From positions 2,656,001 to 2,720,000 of the forward strand of contig OY762825.2 of NCBI GenBank assembly GCA_963666425.2: DNA of 64,000 nucleotides, in the 5' to 3' direction. A program made the translations under genes and the position numbers. Under the pieces are notes generated by a model. It worked only from the letters and a program-made list of their open reading frames with translations. It did not search any database and had not been told where the DNA came from. Shown in pieces: positions 18,792-29,025 of this stretch; position 1 is the first letter of the stretch; each line of letters begins with the position of its first letter. The DNA is from Bacillota bacterium. GTDB lineage: Bacteria; Bacillota; JAAYKD01.

Positions 18792-20861
18792 ATGAAAGTA
18801 TTATACAGTTGGTTACAGGAACTGATTCCCGGTTTGCAGACAGCACCACAGGAAATAGCGGAACGTCTGGTCACGGCCGGCATTGAAATTGCTGCGGTAG
18901 ACTGTCTGCCGGACGGCGATGCGATCCTGGATTTCGATCTGACACCCAATCGCTCCGATTGTTTGAGCATGTGGGGAGCAGCCTTCGAGGTTGCCGCTGT
19001 GCTTGGCATGGAAGCGGTGATTCCGCAATTGCCGGAAATCAGCATTCGAGAAGACAGGCAGCTGATACAGTTGCAGAATGAAGAATTATGTCCCTGGTAC
19101 CTCGCTTTATTGCTGAACGATGTGAAAATTGGACCGTCGCCGGCTTGGCTATCAGCTCGTCTGGCAGCTTTGGGCATGCGCGGGATCAATAATATCGTGG
19201 ATATCACCAATTATGTCATGCTGGAAACCGGCCAGCCGCTGCATGCCTTTGATTACGACTGCTTAAGGGCACATCAAGTGGTCGTCCGAACCGCCAAACC
19301 CGATGAAACGATTAAAACGCTGGATGGGCAGGAACGCAGCTTAACCACTGATACCTTATTAATCTGCGACTCCGAAAAAGCGATCGGCATCGCCGGTGTA
19401 ATGGGTGGGCTGCAAAGTGAAGTGACGCCGCAAACGAAACAAATTCTCTTTGAAGCAGCCTCTTTTGAACGCCGCTTCATCCGCCGAGCCGCCAATCGTC
19501 TCAGCCTGCGCTCAGAGGCAGCCATCCGCTTTGAAAAAGGCGTCGATCCGGCCGGACTGAAGAAAGCGCTGCAGCGGGTGGTTCAGTTGGCAAAACTATT
19601 GCAGGCCGGTACGCCGGATCCGATCATTCTTTCCGGCAGCTCCTATGCGCCGGTCACGCAGCATTCCATTCTGCTGCGCCGCGCTTACTTGACTTCACGC
19701 CTGGGCATGGTCATTGAAGATCTTAGAGTCTATGATTCGCTGCGCAGATTGGGTTTTCAGGTCGAACAGCTGGCAGAAGGCTGGCAGGTGCAGGTGCCGA
19801 CTCGCCGGCAGGATATCGAACTGGAAGTAGATTTGGTGGAAGAAGTCGCGCGTCTGGTCAGTTTCGATCGTTTGCCTGCCGAATTGCCGGTTGGCATGAC
19901 CACGCAGGGTGGCTTGAGTTCCAGCCAAAAAAACGTCGATTTGCTCCATCAGGCGATGATCCAGTTCGGTATGCACGAAATGGTGAATTATTCTTTTATC
20001 AACGAACAGGATTTAATCAAAATCTATCCGGATGAGCAGCATCCCCTCAGGAATGTGATCCGCATCCTCAATCCGATGAGCGAAATGCAAGGAGTGATGC
20101 GCACCAGTTTGCTTCCCGGCATGCTGCAGGCGATTGCTTATAATCTGAATCGGCAAAATCTCAATCTGGGCTTGTATGAGCTGGGCAAGGTTTATTTAGC
20201 CAAGAGCCAACCGATGCAGGAATTGCCGCTGGAGGAAACGCATCTTGTCTCGGCGCTGGTAGGAACGCCGTTTGGTACGGCATGGATGAAACAGGAAGCG
20301 GAGGCGAATTTCTACCATCTGAAAGGCATGCTGGAGCAATTAGCCCATACGCTGCATGTGCCGCTGCTTTTTGAAACAGTTCAGGAGCCGGAGCTTTTTC
20401 ACCCTTTCCGCAGCGCTTCGGTGCGTCTGCACGGAAAAATCATCGGCAGTTTCGGTGTTTTGCATCCCGATTTGCTCAAACGCTTTGATATCCAAAAAGA
20501 AGTCATCCTGGCCGATCTCAATGCGGATGCACTCCTGCAATTTGCAGAACCGCGCATTGTCTATCAATCGCTCTCCCGCTATCAGGCGGTCAACCGTGAT
20601 CTGGCTTTGTTGGTACCGGTCGAGGTTTCCGCTGCCGATGTGCAGAAACTAATCGAGGATAACGGCGGTGACATTCTGGAAACCGTGGCTTTGTTTGATG
20701 TTTATACCGGTTCACAGGTCAAACCCGGCTTTAAGAGCTTGGCTTTTGCCCTGACTTACCGGGCAAAGGATCATAGTTTGACCGAACCGGAAGTGCTGGA
20801 ACGGCATCAGGCAATTTTGAATGAGGCGGCTCGCCGCTTTGCTTCTTCCTTACGGATGTAG
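18792..20861 (+). CDS. pheT: Phenylalanyl-tRNA synthetase beta subunit (short form, no B2 domain)
   Basis: LTPNRSDCLS, VDITNYVMLETGQPLHAFD, RFEKGVD, DLVEEVAR, C-terminal FDX-ACB domain (LFDVYTG); 689 aa. Confidence 0.95.
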   Translation: MKVLYSWLQELIPGLQTAPQEIAERLVTAGIEIAAVDCLPDGDAILDFDLTPNRSDCLSMWGAAFEVAAVLGMEAVIPQLPEISIREDRQLIQLQNEELCPWYLALLLNDVKIGPSPAWLSARLAALGMRGINNIVDITNYVMLETGQPLHAFDYDCLRAHQVVVRTAKPDETIKTLDGQERSLTTDTLLICDSEKAIGIAGVMGGLQSEVTPQTKQILFEAASFERRFIRRAANRLSLRSEAAIRFEKGVDPAGLKKALQRVVQLAKLLQAGTPDPIILSGSSYAPVTQHSILLRRAYLTSRLGMVIEDLRVYDSLRRLGFQVEQLAEGWQVQVPTRRQDIELEVDLVEEVARLVSFDRLPAELPVGMTTQGGLSSSQKNVDLLHQAMIQFGMHEMVNYSFINEQDLIKIYPDEQHPLRNVIRILNPMSEMQGVMRTSLLPGMLQAIAYNLNRQNLNLGLYELGKVYLAKSQPMQELPLEETHLVSALVGTPFGTAWMKQEAEANFYHLKGMLEQLAHTLHVPLLFETVQEPELFHPFRSASVRLHGKIIGSFGVLHPDLLKRFDIQKEVILADLNADALLQFAEPRIVYQSLSRYQAVNRDLALLVPVEVSAADVQKLIEDNGGDILETVALFDVYTGSQVKPGFKSLAFALTYRAKDHSLTEPEVLERHQAILNEAARRFASSLRM

Positions 20862-20869
20862 GCGATCCG

Positions 20870-23341
20870 ATGAAACGTGTGGAATTATTGGCTCCGGCCG
20901 GCAGTTTGGCGGCCTTGCAGGTTGCTGTTGCCGCCGGCGCGGACGCTGTCTATCTGGGCGGCAAACAATTCAGCGCGCGCGCCTATGCTTCCAATTTTGA
21001 TGAAAAAGAATTGGAGAAGGCGCTTCGTTTGGCGCATCATCACGGTGTTCGGCTCTATATGACCCTGAATACGCTGCTGCGGCAGGATGAATTGGCTGCA
21101 GCTCTGCATTATGCCGAGCAGGTCTATTCGCAGGGGATCGATGCGCTGATCATTCAGGATCTCGGACTGGCCGCTTTGGTGCACCATCAGCTGCCGGATC
21201 TTGCCATACATGCCAGCACCCAGATGACCATCCATAATCAAAGCGGGATTGCCAGAGCTGCCGCCAACGGCTTCAGCCGTGTGATCCTGGCCAGAGAGCT
21301 GGAGATCGGCGAAATCAGACGGCTGCAGCAGGAGAGTCCGGTTGGCCTGGAAGTCTTTACTCACGGTGCTCTCTGTTTTGCTTACTCCGGTCAATGCTAT
21401 ATGAGCAGTTTTTTGGGCGGACGCAGCGGTAACCGCGGCCGTTGTGCTCAACCCTGTCGTCTTGCCTACAGCAGCGAAGGCCTAACCTCTTACCCGCTCT
21501 CGACCAAAGATTTATGCTTACTGGATCGGCTGAAACCATTGGTGGACGCCGGCATTGTATCCATTAAATTGGAAGGTCGGATGAAACGCCCGGCTTACGT
21601 GGCGACGGTGGTGGAACAGTATCGCCGCGCGTTGGATCAGATCTATGAGCAGAATGCGGTTGCAACGGATCCTGAAGGGCAAGAGGAGCTGTTGCTGGCT
21701 TTTAATCGAGGGTTCAGTCATGGCTTTACTTACGAAGCTCCAAACCCTCAGTTGATCAACCAGGATTATCCGGCCAACCGGGGTTTGGAATTGGCGCGCT
21801 GGAGTGCAAAACAATTAGCCGGAGGACAGCCGGAAATGTGGCGCTGTCAGCGGCCGTTGGCAAGCGGGGATAAATTCCTGCTGCGCTGTGGGGATCAACA
21901 GCAGACGTTTGAAAGCAACCACCGCTATGCTGTCGCAGAGGCGCTGCCTTTGCCGCGGCTGGCTGTCCTGCCGGCTGGGCAGCCCTTGATTTTAGCGATG
22001 ATTGATGCGGCTGCTCTGCAGGCAAAGGCGGAAGCTTATTTGCTGCAGCTGGAGCAGCCAGACCGTCTCAGACCGATGGAAGTGGAGCTGCATTTCTCTA
22101 TCTGCTCAGATCAGCCGGTCAGAGTAACGATTGATTGTGCCGGCAAACAATTAGAGCACACGTTTGCTGAGTGGCTGCCACAACCGGCAGAGAAGAATGG
22201 CCTGGGTGTAGAAAAAATCCAGGAAGCCATGACAAAACTGAACGACACGGTCTATGTCTTAAAAAGCTGTACAGCAGAGCTGGCGGCTGATCTTTGGCTG
22301 CCCACCAGCGCCCTGAATGCGATGCGGCGTCAGATAGTTGATTTGTTATGGTATGGTCAGGTGCGAAGAGAGACTGCGGCTGCACTGCCCGATCTATCCC
22401 AAAAGGACTTGCCGCAGCCAATGCCAGCGGAGCACCCGCTGCAGCTGCGCTTGCAGGTCGCCACTGCGGCACAGGCGCAGGCATTAGTTGCCTGCCACCC
22501 CGACGCGATCACCTTGGGCGGTGACAGCTTTTTTGGCAGTTTGACGGTGCTGCAGCTGCAGCAAACGGCAGAACGCTGCCGCCAGGCAGGAATTGCTCTG
22601 GAGTTTGCACTGCCGTGTATTCTGCACGAAGAGGAATGGTCGTATTGGCTGCCTTTGCTGAAACAGGCGCTCACGCTGGAATTACCGATCCAGATTGGTC
22701 AAAACGCAGAGGCCGATGTGATCAGAAAGATCAAAGCCACTGCCGTTGTCAGCGGTGATTGGCCGCTGCAGCTGATGAACTCAAGTGCGGTAGAACTATT
22801 GCTGCAGCAGGCTGCCTGTCAGGAATTAACCGTCTATCCGGAATTATCTTTACAGCAGGCAGGTGAATTATGCAGTCAATTCCCTCAGGTGAATTGGCGC
22901 TATCTTGTGGGCGGACGCCAGAATTTGATGACCAGCAAACACTGCCTGACCCTGAACCGCCATGGCAGCTGCCTAGGCTGTTACAAGGGCAGTGTGGAAC
23001 AGCCGCCGTCCGTTTGGCAACTGACGGATAAAACAGGCAAATCGTTTCCGGTTTATCAAAGCAATTTTTGCCGGACGCATCTGCTCAACAGTGACGAATT
23101 GTGTCTGACCGAGCATTATTATCAACTGGAGAAAACGGGCTTTCATCAGCTTGTCGTCGATCTGCGTCATCTGACGGGGATTCTTCTGCAGGAAGCAGGG
23201 GAGATTTGGTGCCGCTCTGTGCGGGATTATCATCAGGATAACCGCAATTGGAAAGAACAAGGGAAAAATTACCGTAATCAATTAGCAACATTGTTACAAT
23301 GTAGTATCACAAAAGGACATAGCTTCCGCGGTGTGGAATAA
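20870..23341 (+). CDS. Peptidase U32 family protein with DUF3656 (RlhA-like RNA hydroxylase candidate)
   Basis: ELLAPAG, GADAVY, HASTQ, HGALC.AYSGQC...RSGNRGRCAQPCR, KLEGRMK, C-terminal TKGH.FRGVE. Confidence 0.85.
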   Translation: MKRVELLAPAGSLAALQVAVAAGADAVYLGGKQFSARAYASNFDEKELEKALRLAHHHGVRLYMTLNTLLRQDELAAALHYAEQVYSQGIDALIIQDLGLAALVHHQLPDLAIHASTQMTIHNQSGIARAAANGFSRVILARELEIGEIRRLQQESPVGLEVFTHGALCFAYSGQCYMSSFLGGRSGNRGRCAQPCRLAYSSEGLTSYPLSTKDLCLLDRLKPLVDAGIVSIKLEGRMKRPAYVATVVEQYRRALDQIYEQNAVATDPEGQEELLLAFNRGFSHGFTYEAPNPQLINQDYPANRGLELARWSAKQLAGGQPEMWRCQRPLASGDKFLLRCGDQQQTFESNHRYAVAEALPLPRLAVLPAGQPLILAMIDAAALQAKAEAYLLQLEQPDRLRPMEVELHFSICSDQPVRVTIDCAGKQLEHTFAEWLPQPAEKNGLGVEKIQEAMTKLNDTVYVLKSCTAELAADLWLPTSALNAMRRQIVDLLWYGQVRRETAAALPDLSQKDLPQPMPAEHPLQLRLQVATAAQAQALVACHPDAITLGGDSFFGSLTVLQLQQTAERCRQAGIALEFALPCILHEEEWSYWLPLLKQALTLELPIQIGQNAEADVIRKIKATAVVSGDWPLQLMNSSAVELLLQQAACQELTVYPELSLQQAGELCSQFPQVNWRYLVGGRQNLMTSKHCLTLNRHGSCLGCYKGSVEQPPSVWQLTDKTGKSFPVYQSNFCRTHLLNSDELCLTEHYYQLEKTGFHQLVVDLRHLTGILLQEAGEIWCRSVRDYHQDNRNWKEQGKNYRNQLATLLQCSITKGHSFRGVE

Positions 23342-23363
23342 TTAGGACAGAAGGAGGGGTGAC

Positions 23364-25733
23364 ATGCAAGCAAAATCACTCATTACCCTGGAATTTCCGA
23401 AAATACAGCAGATGCTGATCGACTATACCTCCTCGGGCATGGGGAGATCAAAAGCAGAAGAAATGCAGCCGTCTGCCGATTACGAAACGGTTTTCCGCCG
23501 CCAGAAAGAAACAGCCGAAGCGTGCCATCTGCTGGAGTCCGGCGGCAATCCGCTGGGCGGTCTGCATGATATTCGAGCCTCCATAAAACGAGCCGAATTG
23601 GGCGGCGTTCTGGAAGCGGAAGAATTGATCAACATCGCTTCCACGTTAGGCGCAGCCAGAAGAGTCCGGCGCATGCTGCAGGAAACGGCAGCGCAATATC
23701 CCTTTTTAGCGGAAGCAGCCATCCACTTAAGCAATCATAAAAAATTGGAAGATGAAATTCTGGCCGTGATCAATGAAAAAGGCGAAGTCTCTGACAATGC
23801 CAGCCCGGAACTGCGGCGTCTGCGCATCGGCATTCGTCGTGAACAAGCGAATATGAAAGCGAAATTAGAGTCGATGATCCGTAACCCGAATTTGCAGAAG
23901 TACCTGCAGGATGCGCTGGTGACTATGCGCAACGATCGTTATGTCATCCCGGTCAAGCAGGAAAACCGCAATGCGGTACCCGGCATTGTACATGATTCTT
24001 CCAACAGCGGCGCAACCTTATTCATTGAACCGATGGCCATCGTTGATATGAATAATGAACTGCGCGAATTGATGATGAAGGAGCGCGACGAAGTCCTGCG
24101 CATCCTCTCCGAACTCTCCGCTAAAATCGGGGATGATTATGTCTTTATTCAGCATTCTGTCAGTGCGCTGGCGCAATTTGATTTTATCTTTGCCCGTGCC
24201 AGGCTAGCCTTTGCCATGCATGCCAGTGAACCGGAAATTTCCACTGATCATTCCCTCGTGTTTTGGCAGGCGCGTCATCCCCTTTTAAAAGGGAAGGTCG
24301 TTCCCATCGACATTCGTCTGGGGGATCGTTTTACAGAATTATTGATCACCGGTCCCAATACGGGCGGCAAAACAGTGACGCTGAAAACGGTGGGCTTATT
24401 AAATCTGATGGGTCAGTGCGGCTTACAAATACCGGCGCAAGCCGGCAGCCGGATCGGCTTGTTTGACCAGATTTTCGCGGATATCGGCGATGAACAAAGT
24501 ATCGAGCAAAGTCTCTCTACCTTCTCGTCGCATATGACCAATATCGTGCATATCATGGAACAGGCGACAGAGCATACCTTGGCTTTGTTTGATGAATTAG
24601 GCGCCGGCACCGATCCGACCGAAGGGGCGGCATTAGCCATGTCCATTTTGGAAAACCTTTTGCTGAGAAAAACCAGAGTGATCGCCACGACGCATTACAG
24701 TGAATTGAAAATTTTCGCCTACCATCATGACGGAGTAGAAAATGCCAGCGTCGAATTTGATATCGAGACGCTGCGCCCCACCTATCGTCTGATGATTGGC
24801 GTGCCAGGCCGCAGCAATGCGTTTGAAGTCTCACAGCGTTTGGGTTTGAGCAAGGAGATTATCGATTATGCCCGCAGTCTGGTCGGCTCCGATCAGCTTA
24901 AGGTGGAAGATATGCTTTCCACCCTGGAAGATAATATGCGGCAAGCAAAACAGGATCGGGAAGAAGCCAATCTGCTGCGCAATGAATTGGAACAAAAGAA
25001 AAAAGAGATTGCCAATGAAAAGGAAGAAGCCAATAAACGGGTGCGGGAGCGCGTCCAGCGGGCACAGTCGGAAGCAGCCGGTGTCGTGAAAGCAGCCCGA
25101 CTGGAAGCGGAAGAACTCCTGGCAAACTTACGCAGTTTGAGGCAGGATGTTTCTGAGCGCGAATTGACCGATGCAGCACAGCGATCACGCAAAACGCTGC
25201 GCCGCATGGCGGGCAGCATGGCAGCTTTAGATGAAAATGTTGACGATATCAGCGTCGGCAAACGAGTGACCGATGTAGAGATCGGAGACAAAGTAGTTTG
25301 GACCAAGTATAATATTGAGGCGGAAGTCATCGGCGAAATGGCCGTCAACGGTGATGTGGCGATCCAGGCCGGAGCCATGAAACTGACGGTTCCGATCACG
25401 CAGCTGAACACAGCCAAAAAGAAAAAAACCAAAGCTGCTGCCGCCATCAGCCTGTCCGGCAGTGAGACGATGATCAATAAATCGGACTCTCTGAAAACGC
25501 AGCTCGATCTGCGCGGTCAGACGTTGGATGAAGCGATCCTCAATGTGGATAAATTCCTGGATGACGCTTATTTGGGACAGCTGAGCAAAGTTTGGATCAT
25601 CCATGGCAAAGGCACCGGCGTTTTACGCAGCGGCGTCAGAGAATTTCTGCATCAGCACCCCCGCATCAAGAGTTATGCCTTTGCACCGTTCCATGAAGGC
25701 GGCGATGGGGTGACGGTAGCGGAATTGAAATGA
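23364..25733 (+). CDS. mutS2: Endonuclease MutS2 (RqcU-like)
   Basis: TGPNTGGKT, DEQSIEQSLSTFSSH, DELGAGTDP, coiled coil, C-terminal Smr domain (LDLRG...IIHGKGTG). Confidence 0.96.
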   Translation: MQAKSLITLEFPKIQQMLIDYTSSGMGRSKAEEMQPSADYETVFRRQKETAEACHLLESGGNPLGGLHDIRASIKRAELGGVLEAEELINIASTLGAARRVRRMLQETAAQYPFLAEAAIHLSNHKKLEDEILAVINEKGEVSDNASPELRRLRIGIRREQANMKAKLESMIRNPNLQKYLQDALVTMRNDRYVIPVKQENRNAVPGIVHDSSNSGATLFIEPMAIVDMNNELRELMMKERDEVLRILSELSAKIGDDYVFIQHSVSALAQFDFIFARARLAFAMHASEPEISTDHSLVFWQARHPLLKGKVVPIDIRLGDRFTELLITGPNTGGKTVTLKTVGLLNLMGQCGLQIPAQAGSRIGLFDQIFADIGDEQSIEQSLSTFSSHMTNIVHIMEQATEHTLALFDELGAGTDPTEGAALAMSILENLLLRKTRVIATTHYSELKIFAYHHDGVENASVEFDIETLRPTYRLMIGVPGRSNAFEVSQRLGLSKEIIDYARSLVGSDQLKVEDMLSTLEDNMRQAKQDREEANLLRNELEQKKKEIANEKEEANKRVRERVQRAQSEAAGVVKAARLEAEELLANLRSLRQDVSERELTDAAQRSRKTLRRMAGSMAALDENVDDISVGKRVTDVEIGDKVVWTKYNIEAEVIGEMAVNGDVAIQAGAMKLTVPITQLNTAKKKKTKAAAAISLSGSETMINKSDSLKTQLDLRGQTLDEAILNVDKFLDDAYLGQLSKVWIIHGKGTGVLRSGVREFLHQHPRIKSYAFAPFHEGGDGVTVAELK

Positions 25734-25760
25734 TACTGGAAAAATCCCGGAAATAGACAC

Positions 25761-25789
25761 TTTACAAAGCCTCAAAAAAATAGTATAAT
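25761..25789 (+). promoter_or_regulatory. Putative sigma-A promoter of the DEAD-box helicase gene
   Basis: TTTACA-N17-TATAAT. Confidence 0.6.
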
Positions 25790-25826
25790 AACAAAGCCAT
25801 ACAAGTGCGTATGGCTTTGTTTTTTG
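25790..25826 (+). terminator. Intrinsic terminator after mutS2 / in the helicase leader
   Basis: ACAAAGCCATAC-AAGTGC-GTATGGCTTTGT-TTTTT. Confidence 0.75.
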
Positions 25827-25940
25827 CCTAAAGTATTGTCGATACAGATAAGATAGAATGTCCGTATCATACACGGTGATCCGAAATGGTCGTTGGGCGG
25901 GTTTCATGGGGCAATTTTACGACGACGGAAAGAGTTATTA

Positions 25941-27620
25941 ATGGAAAATATGAAATTTCAAGATTTCACTCTCTCAGAAGAGTTGAAAAAGGCAGTTGCG
26001 GATATGGGTTATGAAGATCCCACACCCATTCAGCAGCAAAGCATCCCTCTCATTTTGGAGGGACGCGATGTGACCGGTCAAAGTCAGACCGGCAGCGGCA
26101 AGACCGCCGCATTCGGATTACCGGCGCTCGATCGGATCGATTTGAGCCTCAGCCCTTCTTTTGTCCAGGTATTGATCCTTTGCCCAACCAGAGAATTGGC
26201 TTTACAAGGCGCGGACGAACTGCGCAAATTCGCCAAATATAAAAACGGCGTCCAAATTGTCACCATTTTTGGCGGCGATTCCTATGAGCGCCAATTTACG
26301 CAGCTGAGACATGGCTGCCAAATTGTCGTCGGCACGCCGGGTCGGATCATGGATCACATGCGGCGCAAGACGCTGAATATTTCTCGCATCAAGATGCTGA
26401 TTTTGGACGAAGCGGATGAAATGCTCAACATGGGTTTCCGGGAAGACATTGAGACAATCCTGCTGGATGCGCCGGCAGAGCGTCAGACGATTTTGTTTTC
26501 CGCCACCATGCCGCAGGCGATTCTGGAACTGACCCGTAATTTCCAGCGCGATCCGGAATTTGTGCAGATTGAAAATAAACAGATGACGGTTCCTACTTTG
26601 GAACAATTCTATTTTGAAACACCGCGCGGCCGCAAGACCGACGCTTTATGCAGTTTACTTGCTTATTTCCAACCGAAACGCGCCATCATTTTCTGCAACA
26701 CCAAAAAAATGGTGGATGAATTGGTGGAAGAATTGGGTGGCAGAGGCTATCCTTCCCAAGGCTTGCATGGTGATATGCAGCAGAGCAAACGTACCCAAGT
26801 CATGAACCAGTACAAAGCCGGTAAATTTGAAATTTTAGTCGCCACCGATGTCGCCGCCCGCGGTATTGATGTCGATGATATTGAAATTGTTTTAAATTAC
26901 GATCTGCCCATGGATGAAGAATACTACGTCCATCGCATCGGCAGAACCGCACGGGCAGGCAAAACCGGCAAATCATTCACGCTGATTCAGGGCCGCGGCC
27001 AGTTTAATCAGCTGAGAGATATCATGCACTATACCAAGAGCAATATCAAACAGCGCGCCTTGCCGTCGATTGCCGAAATCAAAGATCATAAACTGCAGCA
27101 GCGGGTCAATGATGTGCTTGCTTTCATGAAGACGGAAGAGTATAAAAGATTTATACCCATTATTGAACAGATGTCGGATGAAGAACACGGCGCCGCCGAG
27201 ATTGCGGCAGCGATTTTTGCCATGACGTTCAAACAGGAACAAACAATGGAAGGTTTGAGTGACCTAACGGTCATTTCCGAAATTTCCGACATGACAGAAG
27301 AAGGCAGACAAGCCGCGAAACGCCGGCCGGATTTCAAAATCGGTAAAGATGGCAAACCTATCCATGATAAAGACCGCCGTGTTGTGCGCGGACCCGGTAC
27401 GGCAGTGATAAAAATTTCTATCGGTCATAATGATCATGTTTCCGCCAGCCATATCTTAAGTGCGGTTGCAGGCGGCACCGGTATGTCCGGTAAACTGATC
27501 GGCGCGATTACGATTCAGCAGACTTACAGTCTGGTGGATGTTCCCAAGGAATTAAGAAAATCCATTGTAGACAAACTGAACAATACCAAAATCAAAGGTA
27601 AAACCGTCAAGGTAATCTAG
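25941..27620 (+). CDS. deaD: DEAD-box RNA helicase with C-terminal DbpA-type RNA-binding domain (DeaD/CshA-like)
   Basis: Q motif, QTGSGKT, PTRELA, TPGR, DEAD, SAT, ARGID, HRIGRTAR. Confidence 0.9.
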   Translation: MENMKFQDFTLSEELKKAVADMGYEDPTPIQQQSIPLILEGRDVTGQSQTGSGKTAAFGLPALDRIDLSLSPSFVQVLILCPTRELALQGADELRKFAKYKNGVQIVTIFGGDSYERQFTQLRHGCQIVVGTPGRIMDHMRRKTLNISRIKMLILDEADEMLNMGFREDIETILLDAPAERQTILFSATMPQAILELTRNFQRDPEFVQIENKQMTVPTLEQFYFETPRGRKTDALCSLLAYFQPKRAIIFCNTKKMVDELVEELGGRGYPSQGLHGDMQQSKRTQVMNQYKAGKFEILVATDVAARGIDVDDIEIVLNYDLPMDEEYYVHRIGRTARAGKTGKSFTLIQGRGQFNQLRDIMHYTKSNIKQRALPSIAEIKDHKLQQRVNDVLAFMKTEEYKRFIPIIEQMSDEEHGAAEIAAAIFAMTFKQEQTMEGLSDLTVISEISDMTEEGRQAAKRRPDFKIGKDGKPIHDKDRRVVRGPGTAVIKISIGHNDHVSASHILSAVAGGTGMSGKLIGAITIQQTYSLVDVPKELRKSIVDKLNNTKIKGKTVKVI

Positions 27621-27636
27621 GTCAGACATGATTTTT

Positions 27637-27672
27637 AAAATACTCTGCTAATATGGCAGGGTATTTTTTTTT
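27637..27672 (+). terminator. Intrinsic terminator
   Basis: AAAATACTCTGC-TAATATG-GCAGGGTATTTT plus a T run. Confidence 0.75.
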
Positions 27673-27679
27673 AGAATGC

Positions 27680-27761
27680 GGAACAATTCGTTAAAATTAA
27701 CGTCTATTTCATAAAGATGTCATGATTCACTCTTGCTAAGTGAACGGAATCTTCCTATAAT
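27680..27761 (+). promoter_or_regulatory. Tandem ECF-like and sigma-A promoters of the LCP gene
   Basis: GGAAC-N16-CGTCTA (27680-27706) and TTGCTA-N17-TATAAT (27733-27761). Confidence 0.5.
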
Positions 27762-27804
27762 ACAAAGTAACGCCAAATGCAAAATGAAAAGTCGGAGTGA
27801 TAAA

Positions 27805-29025
27805 ATGCAAACTGCTGAGGGAAGTAGAAGATCGAAGGCGAGTGTAGCGAAAAAGAGAAAGAAAGTACTGATCGTAATATTGGCAGCCTTGGCAGTCTTT
27901 ACTTTATCGGTAGGGGCTACAATCGGCATTTATGCGCTGCGTCATCCTGAAAGTAATTTATTTGGTTGGTTCGGTTCCAAAGTAAAGCAATCGGCTGAAG
28001 GAGAGGATTTGCCTACGCTTTCAGGTGGCTTTAATTTACTGGCTGTCGGTGTGGATGAACGAAGCGATGATTTAGGCAGATCGGATACGATGCTTTTCTT
28101 TTCGATGCCGGCAGACGGCGGTTCGCCTTTAATGCTCTCCATTCCCCGCGATACGATGATTTGGAGTGATGAGGCAGAGGATTATGACCGCATCAACAAT
28201 GTCTATCCCGAGCATGGTATTGAAGCAACCGTCAGTACAGTGCAGAATCTTTTGGGTGTGCCGATCGATGGTTACATTAAAATCAATATCGAAGGCTTTG
28301 TGGAATTGGTCAACATTTTAGGCGGTGTGACCGTAACGGTGGACGAAGCCATGGATTATGATGATCCCTACCAAGATCTCTATATTCATCTTCAGCCCGG
28401 TGAAATGCTGATGGATGGTCAGACGGCGATGGAATATGTGCGCTTTCGTGCTGATGGTGCCGGTGATATCGGCAGAATTGCCAGACAGCAGAAGTTTATC
28501 AAAGCAGCTATTTCCCAAGCCTTAAGCGTCAATAAAATCAGCAAGCTGCCGAGCTTAATCAAACAAGGTTTTTCCATGGTGGAAACGAATCTCAGCCTAA
28601 AGCAACTGCTGACGGTAGCCAACACAGTGATCAGCAAAGGATTCAGCAATTTCGAGACGGCTACTTTACCAGGGGATGGGCTCTATTACGGCGATATGGC
28701 CCTTTATATGCTGCGTTTGGATGAGATGTATGAGATGTTAGCCGATTTGCTGGTTCCTACAGATCAGGAAGCGGATTATCTGGAGCTCCTCAAGCAAAAC
28801 TGGACGAGTGATTATATCGCCTTACATGATGCGAAACTGCAGATTGCCCAACAAATCTGGGCAGAAACGGGGATGTCGCTCTCGGAAGCGCAGTATGCGG
28901 AATGGCTGGCCAGTCATCATTGGGTCGATCCCGGCGTCCCGGTCACGGAGGATCCCGTCACCGAAGCGCCGATTGAGCCGACGGTGCCTCCAACCAAACC
29001 TCCCGCCGCTGTTATCACACCATAA
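27805..29025 (+). CDS. LytR-CpsA-Psr (LCP) cell-wall polymer ligase
   Basis: Basic N-terminus and TM helix; GVDER...RSDTM, SIPRDT, RFR...GDIGRIARQQ; Pro/Thr-rich tail. Confidence 0.9.
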   Translation: MQTAEGSRRSKASVAKKRKKVLIVILAALAVFTLSVGATIGIYALRHPESNLFGWFGSKVKQSAEGEDLPTLSGGFNLLAVGVDERSDDLGRSDTMLFFSMPADGGSPLMLSIPRDTMIWSDEAEDYDRINNVYPEHGIEATVSTVQNLLGVPIDGYIKINIEGFVELVNILGGVTVTVDEAMDYDDPYQDLYIHLQPGEMLMDGQTAMEYVRFRADGAGDIGRIARQQKFIKAAISQALSVNKISKLPSLIKQGFSMVETNLSLKQLLTVANTVISKGFSNFETATLPGDGLYYGDMALYMLRLDEMYEMLADLLVPTDQEADYLELLKQNWTSDYIALHDAKLQIAQQIWAETGMSLSEAQYAEWLASHHWVDPGVPVTEDPVTEAPIEPTVPPTKPPAAVITP

